Origin: a virus
Taxonomy: Duplodnaviria; Caudoviricetes
Reading direction: 5' to 3' (one strand)
IMG/VR virus record: IMGVR_UViG_3300036964_000424
Coordinates: 36,290 to 100,289 of that record
DNA length: 64,000 bases
Shown here: piece by piece, positions 18,642-27,646 of the stretch
Position numbering within the stretch: the first letter of the stretch is position 1
Layout of the letters: each line of letters begins with the position of its first letter
Notes under the pieces: model-generated
What the model was told of the DNA's origin: nothing
Databases searched by the model: none
The model's input: the letters and a program-made list of their open reading frames with translations, nothing else
Program-made: the position numbers and the translations under genes

Positions 18642-19412
18642 TTGCAAATTAATGATAACATTATTATAAAACAAGGTGATTGCTTGGAATTAATGAAAGA
18701 AATTCCAGATAAATCTGTTGATATGATTTTATGTGATTTGCCTTATGAGACGACTGCTTGCAAGTGGGATACAATAATACCTTTTGAACCATTATGGGAA
18801 CAATATAACAGAATTATCAAAGACAATGGTGCTATTGTGTTATTTGGTTCGGAGCCTTTTTCGACAATGTTAAGATATAGCAATTTAAAGATGTATAAAT
18901 ACGATTGGATTTGGGAAAAATCTATCGGAGCCAATCCCTTATTATGTAAAAAACAACCTATGAGATATCACGAAAATATATCCGTTTTTTATAAAAAACA
19001 ATGTGTATATAATCCTCAAATGACAATAGGTAAGATGAGAGATAAAAAACCGAAAACGTGGGGAGATAAGACAGACGAAATATACGGAGGGGCTTTATCC
19101 CGCTTTAATGGAAAAAGTAATATAAATAATTTGTATTATCCGAGAAGTTATCAGTATTTTTCAAACGCTAATCAAAAAGATAGATTACACCCAACCCAAA
19201 AGCCAGTAGAGCTATGCGAATACTTAATCAAAACGTACACAAACGAAGGCGAAACAGTTTTAGATAATTGTGCAGGATCATTTTCGACAGCGATTGCATG
19301 CATAAATACTGGAAGGAGGTTTATTGGATATGAATTAGATGAAAAGTACTTTGAGATTGGTAAAAATAGAATATTAGATCATCTTACTAAAAAGGAAGAA
19401 ATGTTATTTTAA
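18642..19412 (+). CDS. DNA methyltransferase, beta class (paralogue of 97-873)
   Basis: GDCLELM, CDLPY, TTACKWD.IIPF, HPTQKPV, LDNCAGSFST. Confidence 0.9.
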   Translation: MQINDNIIIKQGDCLELMKEIPDKSVDMILCDLPYETTACKWDTIIPFEPLWEQYNRIIKDNGAIVLFGSEPFSTMLRYSNLKMYKYDWIWEKSIGANPLLCKKQPMRYHENISVFYKKQCVYNPQMTIGKMRDKKPKTWGDKTDEIYGGALSRFNGKSNINNLYYPRSYQYFSNANQKDRLHPTQKPVELCEYLIKTYTNEGETVLDNCAGSFSTAIACINTGRRFIGYELDEKYFEIGKNRILDHLTKKEEMLF

Positions 19413-19452
19413 AATCTGGATTTTATTATAAAAATTAGAAAGGAATATAATT

Positions 19453-19647
19453 ATGGCTAAATATTTTGTAGAATCATCGGAAATTGTAATTTATAGGACT
19501 GAGGTGGAAGCAGAAACACCCCAAGAAGCTATGGAAAAGATAGAAAGCTCCAACGGGGAAATTGTTGATCGCATTAAGGATGTTTCAATGCGGCATGATT
19601 TAGAAGCATTCGCAGTTTATGATGAAGATGATAATGAAGTATGGTAA
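19453..19647 (+). CDS. Hypothetical acidic protein
   Basis: AAGGA RBS, 64-aa ORF in the operon direction. Confidence 0.6.
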   Translation: MAKYFVESSEIVIYRTEVEAETPQEAMEKIESSNGEIVDRIKDVSMRHDLEAFAVYDEDDNEVW

Positions 19648-19711
19648 ATAATTACTGGCACTCATGAAATTCACAACAATTCTTATATAACAAGAAAGGT
19701 AAAAAGTATAT

Positions 19712-19927
19712 ATGGAAATTAATAATCCTAAGATCAGTTTTGAATATACAAATTCTTTTGGCGATAAGGTAGCCATGAATACATCATTGGAAGATGATAC
19801 TATTTTTGTTCTTGCCCAAGCATTTAAATCCTTTTTATACCAAGCTGGATTTTCTACAGAAAATATTAAAGAATTATTTGCAGACGGGCTGGACATTTCA
19901 GATAAATATTATGAAATCAATTTTTAA
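19712..19927 (+). CDS. Hypothetical protein
   Basis: AAAGGT RBS, 71-aa ORF. Confidence 0.6.
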   Translation: MEINNPKISFEYTNSFGDKVAMNTSLEDDTIFVLAQAFKSFLYQAGFSTENIKELFADGLDISDKYYEINF

Positions 19928-20204
19928 CAAACTTATAATTTTTTATTGTAATATATCTAAATTTATTATTTTGAAATATCTTACTGCTAAGAAGCTATTT
20001 AATAAGAAAGTAATATATTTTAAAAATAAAGATTTACGGGAGGAAATACTTTTAGACGAAAACTATACTCCGCACTATACTACAACCTATTCCAAAGCAA
20101 TAGACATTGATGCTAATAGTTTTAATATTATTAGAAATAATGTCGTAGAAGAAAAGCCAGTTCATTTTTCAATCAAGGTAAAAAGGGTGAATAAAAATAA
20201 ATAG
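19911..20204 (+). CDS. Hypothetical protein
   Basis: Fills the gap to the next gene; ATG 19911 preferred over track start 19794, which lies inside the previous gene. Confidence 0.45.
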   Translation: MKSIFNKLIIFYCNISKFIILKYLTAKKLFNKKVIYFKNKDLREEILLDENYTPHYTTTYSKAIDIDANSFNIIRNNVVEEKPVHFSIKVKRVNKNK

Positions 20205-20259
20205 CAGAAAAAAGATATATCTTTTGGAAATTCAGTAAAAATAAAAGGGGCAAAAAAAG

Positions 20260-20787
20260 ATGATAGTTGCGGTAGATATAGATGATGTAATTATTAGTTT
20301 AGTTCCTACGTGGTTGCATTTATACAATAAAGACTATAAAGATAATTTATCTAAAAATGATATAACGGATTGGCAAATAGACAAATTTGTAAAACCCGAA
20401 TGTGGGATAAATATTTATAATTACATTGAAGATCCAAGGATATATGATCTTTGCAAGCCGGTAGAAAATTCTTTTGAAGCCATAAGCATTCTGCATGAAC
20501 AAGCAAGAGTTATATTCATAACATCTTCCACAATAGGTTGTGCCGGAAGGAAATATATATGGCTGAAAGAGCATGGGTATATTGATAAATTAGATGATTA
20601 TATAGAGGCTAAAGATAAATATTTGATTAATTATGATTGTTTAATTGATGATAATTATTCCAATATTGTGCATTCTAACAAAAATAATTATTTGTTTAGT
20701 GCCCCATGGAACTTAAAATATAATTATCCAAAAAGAATTAATAGTTGGGAAGAATTTATTGATGAAAGGAATGAATTTAAATGCTAG
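20260..20787 (+). CDS. 5'(3')-deoxyribonucleotidase (HAD, NT5C-like)
   Basis: VAVDIDDV, FITS, K..WL.EH, CLIDD, APWN. Confidence 0.88.
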   Translation: MIVAVDIDDVIISLVPTWLHLYNKDYKDNLSKNDITDWQIDKFVKPECGINIYNYIEDPRIYDLCKPVENSFEAISILHEQARVIFITSSTIGCAGRKYIWLKEHGYIDKLDDYIEAKDKYLINYDCLIDDNYSNIVHSNKNNYLFSAPWNLKYNYPKRINSWEEFIDERNEFKC

Positions 20788-21320
20788 TAATTACTGTCAG
20801 TGGTGCTGCGCAGCACGGTAAAGATTCCACCGCTAATATTCTAAAAGTAAAATTAGAATCTTTTCATAAAAAAGTTTTAATTATTCATATGGCTGATTAT
20901 CTTAAATTTATTTGCAAAGAATATTATGGATGGGATGGACAAAAAGATGAAGCTGGCAGAAAAATACTTCAAATAACTGGAACAGAAAAAGTAAGATCAA
21001 AATTTCCAGATTTTTGGGTTGATATAGTTATAAAATTTTTAGAAGCTTTTGGAAATGATTTTGATTATGTAATAATACCCGATGCAAGATTCCCCAATGA
21101 AATAAATAAATTAGAAGAATCTGGCTTTAGTACATTAGCGCTAAAAGTTGTTAGGCTGAATTTCGAAAATGATCTTACGCCAGAACAACGGTTGCATCCC
21201 AGCGAAAGGGAATTGGATGAATTTGATTTTGATTATATAATTGAATCGGAATCGGGATTAAATAATTTATCAATTGAAGTTGATAAATTATATGAAAAAT
21301 ACAAAAATTTTTATTGGTAA
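20781..21320 (+). CDS. Deoxynucleoside monophosphate kinase
   Basis: SGAAQHGKD P-loop, ADYLK, R.ILQ..GTE..R, IPDARFPNE, HPSE. Confidence 0.88.
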   Translation: MLVITVSGAAQHGKDSTANILKVKLESFHKKVLIIHMADYLKFICKEYYGWDGQKDEAGRKILQITGTEKVRSKFPDFWVDIVIKFLEAFGNDFDYVIIPDARFPNEINKLEESGFSTLALKVVRLNFENDLTPEQRLHPSERELDEFDFDYIIESESGLNNLSIEVDKLYEKYKNFYW

Positions 21321-21335
21321 AAGGAGGAAGTATAA

Positions 21336-23069
21336 TTGAAAGTTAATGAAGATGTACTAAAATTATTAAAAGAAAAAGAATATTTTAAACAGGAATATAA
21401 CGAAAACAGTTGGGATGATATTTGTAAAAGAGTATCCAAAGCCATAGCATCGCCCGAAGAAACTACTGAAATGAAAGAAAAAGTAGAATCCGAAGTTTTC
21501 AACGCTATGTCAAATTTAGAATTTATTTTCAGTACTCCTGTTTTATTGAATGCCGACGTAAATTCTCCAGGTCAATTATCCAGTTGTTTTATAAATTCTA
21601 CAAGAGATACTATAGAAGATATATGCAAATTGGATGCCCAATTCACAAAAATATTCCAAAAGAATGGAGGCGCAGGGACTGATCTGAGCGTATTGCGTCC
21701 GGCTAAATCCTCAGTTAATGCGAGCAAAGGCTATGCAGGGGGCGTCTTATCTTTTATGGAAAAGTACGATGCTACAGCAGATATTATGACAAGAAATAAT
21801 CCGAGTAGAAAGGGTGCCCTCAAAATAAATTTACAATGCTGGCATCCGCAAATTATCGAATTCTGTCATTGCAAAGAAGATTTGAATAAATTAAACCGGA
21901 TGAATATATCAGTATCGCTAACCGATAAATTTATGCAAGCTGTAATAAATGATGAAGATTGGAACTTAGTATTTCCTGATTATGAGAACTGCAAAGATAT
22001 TTATGATTTAGAATGGGATGGAGATATAGATAACTGGATAGAAAAAGGTTATCCTATTAAAATATATCAAACAATAAAAGCAAAGGAATTACTAAAATTA
22101 ATTTGCGAATGCAGTTATAAGACGGGCGACCCTGGATTTAACTACCAGACAACCATGAATAATGCGAATCCAAATAAGCATTTAGGCAAACAGGTATTTA
22201 CAAATCCGTGTTCTGAATTTGTCAACATACCAGGCGCTTCTTGTAATTTGGCAAGCTTTAATCTTACAAAATTTGTAAAAACAAATAATGAAAATACATT
22301 TTTTGATTTCAATGCTTTAGAAGATTTGGCATATAAATGTGTGAGATGGTTCGACAATATGATTACAATCAATAAACTTCCTTTAGATATTATCGACGAT
22401 GTAACTAAAAAGATAAGACCTATTGGAGCTGGATTTTTTGGATTAGCCGACGCAATGTATATGCTGAAAATAAGATATGGATCGCCCGAAGCATTGAAAT
22501 TTGCTGAAAGTATAACCAAAACTATACGTGAAACATTAGAAAAAGCTTCTGTAGATTTAGCTAAGGAAAGGGGAGTTTATCCGGCATGGGAAGGAAGCGA
22601 ATGGTGCAAAAAAAATATTAGAATAAGAAACAGCTCACTAGTTTCAATTGCACCTACAGGGTCAATATCTTTCATAGCAGGCGTATCGGGAGGTTTAGAA
22701 CCTAACTATGGCTTATGCTATAATAGAAGAACTTATGATGGAAATATTTATTATATAGTAAATAGTATATTTAAAGCCGAATTAGAAAAATTAGGAATAT
22801 ATTCTGAAGATTTAATGGAAAAAATATCTAAAAATAGGGGATCTTGCCAAGGAATAAAAGAAATCCCAAAAGATTTACAGGATATTTTTGTAGTTGCTTC
22901 AGACCTTACCCCTAAAGAGCATGTTGATATGGTTGCCGCTATTCAAAAGTATACAGATTTAAGCACGTCCAAAACGATAAATTTCGCCAATAAAGCTACT
23001 GTAGAAGATATTTATGATATTATAATATATGCATGGAAACAAGGTTTAAAAGGATTGACTGTTTACCGT
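21336..23069 (+). CDS. nrdJ: Class II (adenosylcobalamin) ribonucleotide reductase, exon 1
   Basis: QLSSCF, GGAG.D.S.LRP, TNPCSE, CNLAS, IAPTGSIS, SKTIN, KGLTVYR; frame ends at the intron 5' splice site. Confidence 0.92.
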
Positions 23070-23672
23070 TAACTATATGGCGGTCTTATATAGAAATATA
23101 TATGGAAAAATGCTTTAAATTGCGGGAACACCCTTAGAGATTTTATTACCAAATTATTTTGGAAACAAAATAATGGCATTTTTAATTAAAATGGTATGGT
23201 AAAAATATAAAATATTGGGCAATCCGCAGCGAAATCTCTCTGGATAAAAATGGACAAAAATACTAAAGAAGAAATTATAGAAAAATATCTTAGCGGAATA
23301 AGTGCTAATCAAATATGCATTGAAAAAAGTATAAATATAAGTTCCGTTATGTATTTATTAAGAAAAAACAATATACCAATAAGGTCTATATCTGAAAATG
23401 TTAATAATTATTATACAAAAAAGAAAAATTGTATAATTAATTTTGACGAAGAATTAAACGATATATTGTTAGGTAATTTATTGGGCGATGGGAGTATTAG
23501 GTTATCGATGGTTAATTGCATATACACTCATACCGATAAACATTTAGAATATGTGGAATGGATAAAAGATATTTTTAATTTAAGAGAGAGACGTTCAACG
23601 ACTATAATAAGCAAGTCCTATCGGGATTATGGTATAGTCTGGTCTATAACGAAAGTTATAGTTAACACAACG
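23070..23672 (+). ncRNA. Group I self-splicing intron in nrdJ (603 nt)
   Basis: P1 ACCGU/GCGGU with U-G at the splice site; P AAATTGCGGGAA(23117), Q AATCCGCAGC(23221), R GTTCAACGACTATA(23593), S ATGGTATAGTCT(23629); P9 CTATAAC-GAAA-GTTATAG; terminal G 23672; splicing restores YR|DGCRENQVL. Confidence 0.93.
23250..23582 (+). pseudogene. Truncated intron-encoded LAGLIDADG homing endonuclease with N-terminal HTH, in the P6a loop
   Basis: ILLGNLLGDGSI single LAGLIDADG motif; only ~110 aa before the intron core resumes; flanked by TCTCTCT/AGAGAGA P6a stem; no stop codon. Confidence 0.75.
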
Positions 23673-24248
23673 GATGGTTGCCGAGAAAATCAGGTATTAA
23701 CCACAGATGCTACTTATGCGGAAAAAGATGCTAAGCCTAAGCCTAAGTATGATTATATACAGCCAAGGGATAAAGATGATTTGGGGGAAACTTATGGATC
23801 CAATGTGAAGCGTAGAGTCGCCTGTGGGAATTTGTATATAAATATATGCCGAGATAGCGAAGGAGATTTAGTAGAAACCTTTATAAATACCGGAAAGGGG
23901 GGAATTTGTCAATCTAACACTAACGCAATTAGCCGCCTTGTATCTTTAGCATTGCGCAGCGGCGTGAAAGTAGATTCTATTATAGATCAATTAAGCAATA
24001 TTAAATGCCCTGCGTGTACAATACTTAAAGCACAGGGGAAAGAGGTGGAACAATCTTGCCCAGATGCCATAGCAAGGTATTTAAAAGAAAAATACGAACA
24101 AGGGAATATTGTTATAAAAGAAACTAAATCTAAAAGCAAGAAGCCAACCGAAAAAGATAATAAAATGATTTGCCCGAATTGCGGAGAAAAAATGAGACTG
24201 GAATCGGGCTGCATTACTTGTACATGCGGATTTAGCAAATGCGGATAA
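23673..24248 (+). CDS. nrdJ: Class II ribonucleotide reductase, exon 2 (TSCPD-type C-terminal domain and Zn ribbon)
   Basis: DGCRENQVL, CGNLYI.I, SRLVSLALRSGV, SCPDAIA, CPNCG..ESGC..C.CGFSKCG; spliced product 769 aa. Confidence 0.9.
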   Translation, partial: DGCRENQVLTTDATYAEKDAKPKPKYDYIQPRDKDDLGETYGSNVKRRVACGNLYINICRDSEGDLVETFINTGKGGICQSNTNAISRLVSLALRSGVKVDSIIDQLSNIKCPACTILKAQGKEVEQSCPDAIARYLKEKYEQGNIVIKETKSKSKKPTEKDNKMICPNCGEKMRLESGCITCTCGFSKCG

Positions 24249-24280
24249 ACTTAGAAGACAATAATATAAAAAGGATTATA

Positions 24281-24772
24281 ATGATAAGAGTTAGAGGATT
24301 CGAAAAAATAAGTTTAAATATTTTTGCAGATAATATATTATTCAATGATGTTAAAGAAATTTATGAAAAAATCAAACTCCCTAAACGTAGTACAAAGAGC
24401 TCAGCAGGATATGACATATTTTCTCCAATACCATTTATTTTACAGGCTGGGGAAGAAATAACATTGCCTCTTGGATTTAAAGTATATATGCCAGAAGATG
24501 AATTTTTTATGATCGTTCCGCGAAGCGGTTTAGGATTTAAATATTATACAAGGCTTGCTAATTCTGTCGGAATAATTGATTCTGATTATTACGGGAATAC
24601 AAAAAATGATGGGCATTGTATGGCTAAAATACGCAATGAAAGCTCAGACAAGACTATTTGTATTGAAGAAGGCGATGCTATTGCTCAAGGTATTTTCTTA
24701 AAATACCTTTTAGCAGATAATGATGCTGCTAATTCTGAAAGAGTTGGAGGATTTGGATCTACTGATAAATAG
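24281..24772 (+). CDS. dut: Trimeric dUTPase
   Basis: SAGYDI, PRSGLG, GIIDSDYYG, IAQGIF, RVGGFGST (track start 24239). Confidence 0.93.
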   Translation: MIRVRGFEKISLNIFADNILFNDVKEIYEKIKLPKRSTKSSAGYDIFSPIPFILQAGEEITLPLGFKVYMPEDEFFMIVPRSGLGFKYYTRLANSVGIIDSDYYGNTKNDGHCMAKIRNESSDKTICIEEGDAIAQGIFLKYLLADNDAANSERVGGFGSTDK

Positions 24773-24787
24773 CTTCTAAAAAGTGGT

Positions 24788-24823
24788 AAAAAAATAGGGT
24801 ACAATAAATGTACCCTATTTTTT
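24788..24823. terminator. Bidirectional rho-independent terminator between the converging arms
   Basis: A7-TAGGGTACA-ATAAA-TGTACCCTA-T6. Confidence 0.85.
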
Positions 24824-24904
24824 AATACAGAATAGATTTATGATGCGAAACACGTTTAAATATCGTCAAAATCTCTTATGCGGAATACGTTCACGATGAT
24901 TGAT

Positions 24905-25012
24905 TCAAATTTGCTCCGCCAAAATTGCCAGCACTTCTTCGCGTAAATTTTCAGGCACGTCCTCAATCGTCTTGATGCCCTTTTTGATTAACGCCGCGTA
25001 AATTTTAGCCAT
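24905..25012 (-). CDS. CD1375-like small phage protein (35 aa, below the ORF track cutoff)
   Basis: GGAGGT RBS; MAKIYAALIKKGIKTIEDVPENLREEVLAILAEQI, the Y..LI..G..TI.DVP..LR..V pattern typical after tail-fibre genes. Confidence 0.8.
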   Translation of the reverse strand: MAKIYAALIKKGIKTIEDVPENLREEVLAILAEQI

Positions 25013-25637
25013 TAGACACCTCCAGTCGTAGTTGCATCTGCGCCTCTGCTATGCGCCGTTCTGCGATGGCGAAGTAGGTCGGGTCGATTTCCACGCCGAT
25101 GAAGTTGCGACCAGTTTGAACGCAAGCCACGCCGGTTGTGCCGCTGCCCATGAAGGGGTCAAGGATGGTGTCGCCTTCGTTTGTATAATTTTCTATTGCC
25201 CACCTCATTAGTGATAACGGCTTTTGAGTTGGATGTACTTTCTTTTCTTCCGAATGAAACTCAACCCTACTTTTTCTAAATGCTTTTGTGGATTTATCAA
25301 ACGAAGTCCATGCAAGCTCAGCGTCCGCCCCAGAAAATTTTTGCATCTTATCCCAAATCAACCAGCATCTTGAGTTGTGCAAATAGTCAACAAAGTAATT
25401 TCCACCCCAAATAATCTGATTGTTGCTTACCCTGAATATCTCGCTGAAATATAGTTTTTCTGGTATTGCTAAATCCCATCTATTATCGGTGGTAAATTCA
25501 GTCCTACCGCTTTTGTCTGCCTTGCGGACATCTTCGCCAATCCCATACGGCGGGTCAGTAATCACCGCGTCCACGCTCTTATCAGGCATGGATCGCATAA
25601 CCTCCAAACAATCGCCTAAGTGAAGCTCAACGGTCAT
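25005..25637 (-). CDS. DNA methyltransferase, beta class
   Basis: LGDCLEVM, TDPPYG, IIWGGNYF, HPTQKP, LDPFMGSGTTG; ATG 25637 is coupled to the upstream stop (track start 25694). Confidence 0.92.
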   Translation of the reverse strand: MTVELHLGDCLEVMRSMPDKSVDAVITDPPYGIGEDVRKADKSGRTEFTTDNRWDLAIPEKLYFSEIFRVSNNQIIWGGNYFVDYLHNSRCWLIWDKMQKFSGADAELAWTSFDKSTKAFRKSRVEFHSEEKKVHPTQKPLSLMRWAIENYTNEGDTILDPFMGSGTTGVACVQTGRNFIGVEIDPTYFAIAERRIAEAQMQLRLEVSNG

Positions 25638-25753
25638 AGCGCCGCCTTCCTGTACGCCTTCGCTCGGCAATTTCCAACCCTCACCCACCGCCATTCTAGT
25701 ACGCCTTCCCTATTCTCTAGCACTGTTCCATCGTAAAGTTTGATTGTATACAT
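25634..25753 (-). pseudogene. 39-aa chimeric remnant ORF
   Basis: AGGAG RBS; MYTIKLYDGTVLEN followed by an unrelated REGVLEWRWVRVGNCRAKAYRKAAL*. Confidence 0.45.
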
Positions 25754-25763
25754 GAGATTACTC

Positions 25764-26597
25764 CTATCCGATTATAGAGAAAGCGGGGCGAACGCCACCG
25801 GCGTAGGAAGCGGAGTAGGAGTGCGCAAAACCGTAGGTGTAGACAATGGCGAAATAGGCGGCAGATACAACATCTCTCAGCCAGAAAGTCTGACAATTAG
25901 AAATCATGTGCGGGTCGTGTACAAACAACGGGTACTGAGATTTGTCAACGGTATGGTTTGCAACATCCGTAGCACCATTCCCCATAGGCGCAAAGACCTT
26001 GCCGCCGTACACATTCTGTTCCGTCATAAGCTCAACCTTGCTGTCGTACCAAGAATTGCCCGAAGGATAACCGTCAGTAACGGCGTTGCAAAGATACTGT
26101 CTGTGAGACAGAATGTGTGCAGACCCGAAAGCGTTGTTAATCGCCGTCTTTGCGTCAGCAAGACCCTGTGTGTACATCTTCGAGCCAACATAACCGCCCG
26201 TAGTAATGGCCGTATCGTTCATTACATGGGTGTAAAGGTTCGAGTCCGGAACGATTACGACATGGTGAGTATTGCAAGCCGCATCACCTGTGGTGAGGTA
26301 ATAGTCAAACGCCGCAATTCTCCAAACAACGTCATTTATAGTCCAGTAATCACCCACGTACATATCATCAAAAGTTCCAGCAGCAATAGCAGAATATTGA
26401 GCAGCAGAGACAGACGTCCCTAATGAAACACCACGATAGACCGAATTGTGCGCGCCAGCATTATTGACAAGCGGAAATACTGCAGGTGTACCTGTCAAAT
26501 TGGCATACGCGATCTTCTTACTATCCGTTCCGTCATGATCATGTCCAGTAGAGGTATTGAATCCCATCTGCTCGTCTCTTAATTTTGTTTGACCCAT
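25764..26597 (-). CDS. Receptor-binding/tail accessory protein with C-type-lectin-like (DUF6273-like) C-terminus, DGR-target type
   Basis: N-terminal GHDHDG fibre motif, YVGDYW.I....WRIAAFDYY, GGYVGS.M, C-terminal FWLRDV..A.FA.V...G.A....AS...GVRPAF. Confidence 0.7.
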   Translation of the reverse strand: MGQTKLRDEQMGFNTSTGHDHDGTDSKKIAYANLTGTPAVFPLVNNAGAHNSVYRGVSLGTSVSAAQYSAIAAGTFDDMYVGDYWTINDVVWRIAAFDYYLTTGDAACNTHHVVIVPDSNLYTHVMNDTAITTGGYVGSKMYTQGLADAKTAINNAFGSAHILSHRQYLCNAVTDGYPSGNSWYDSKVELMTEQNVYGGKVFAPMGNGATDVANHTVDKSQYPLFVHDPHMISNCQTFWLRDVVSAAYFAIVYTYGFAHSYSASYAGGVRPAFSIIG

Positions 26598-26659
26598 TTA
26601 ATCCCCTTTCAATTAAAATAAAATTCTAATTTTATCATCATTATTTTCTTTTTTTCTTG

Positions 26660-27592
26660 TTATTTTGGTATAACGCAATATGTTGTTCCGGTTGCGCTAG
26701 TAAATGGATAGCGAGGTGTTTCCGCTTCGCCATATACATATAAATTTTTTATATTATCCGAAGTACAACAGAACATAGCTTTATGCACATTGATATAGGA
26801 TCCCGATGTAGTGCTGGCAGAAGTATCCAATTTAGTTAAATAGACAAATGCATTGTTATAAGCATAAGACATATAATATATATCATTATTTATATTAGTT
26901 AAGCGATCGAAATTCTGTGGATATACTACAGTCCAATCTGTTCCTGCATCAGTTGAATCGGTTGCGGGATTATATTTATAAATTTTATATACTGTTGAGA
27001 AATAGATTGAATCGTTATTTGATTCCAAATCAGCCCATATATTATACCCATCATTAGTAATTATTTCAAAATTCAAGTCATTAGACAGTGTAGATGCTGA
27101 TGTATCATATTTTTTTAAATGCCAAGTATAGCTCCCGCTTGTATGTGCATACCCATATGCTATATAAATATAATTTCCGTAACTACAGCTTCGCGCATAT
27201 TCACTATGATTATGAGTAAAACTTCGTTTAGTTCCCCAAGTATCCGTTAATGGAGTATATGGTATGATATCAATAGTAGTAGTACCCCCCGAATATAGAG
27301 CTGCAACTTCATATATCTTATTTCCGATAGTTTCAAGTCCATATATTGTTTTTCCTGAATTATATGAAGTTAAATTACACCAACTGCCAGTTATTGTATT
27401 TAAAGATTGCATCCCATAATCATTACCTCGATACTCGCCTTTTACATATACTTTATTATCATAAAATGTGTTAGCAACCGCTGATTTGAAAAAATCTACA
27501 GATGCATTATACATATCATTCAACTTGGTTACAACTGTTCCGTTTCTAATAAAATGATTCTCAAGCCGTAAACCTCCACCTCCTAATATCAT
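26660..27592 (-). CDS. Tail-associated beta-propeller (kelch-like) protein
   Basis: Repeating KIY/YIY..Y.P.TD.W blades; located in the fibre region. Confidence 0.5.
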   Translation of the reverse strand: MILGGGGLRLENHFIRNGTVVTKLNDMYNASVDFFKSAVANTFYDNKVYVKGEYRGNDYGMQSLNTITGSWCNLTSYNSGKTIYGLETIGNKIYEVAALYSGGTTTIDIIPYTPLTDTWGTKRSFTHNHSEYARSCSYGNYIYIAYGYAHTSGSYTWHLKKYDTSASTLSNDLNFEIITNDGYNIWADLESNNDSIYFSTVYKIYKYNPATDSTDAGTDWTVVYPQNFDRLTNINNDIYYMSYAYNNAFVYLTKLDTSASTTSGSYINVHKAMFCCTSDNIKNLYVYGEAETPRYPFTSATGTTYCVIPK

Positions 27593-27646
27593 AAATATTC
27601 CTTTCTATAACTATTTCGTACCATAAATAAAAACATCGCTGCATAT

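Noticed and set aside
23250-24248. 332-aa ORF as an ordinary stand-alone gene
   Set aside because: It is a composite of a truncated intron endonuclease, ribozyme core sequence and nrdJ exon 2
25740-26423. 227-aa + strand ORF
   Set aside because: Antisense shadow of the GC-rich lectin-like gene; no RBS or recognisable motifs
24830-26600. Complete diversity-generating retroelement
   Set aside because: Only a VR-like segment is visible; no template repeat, Avd or reverse transcriptase found in the window
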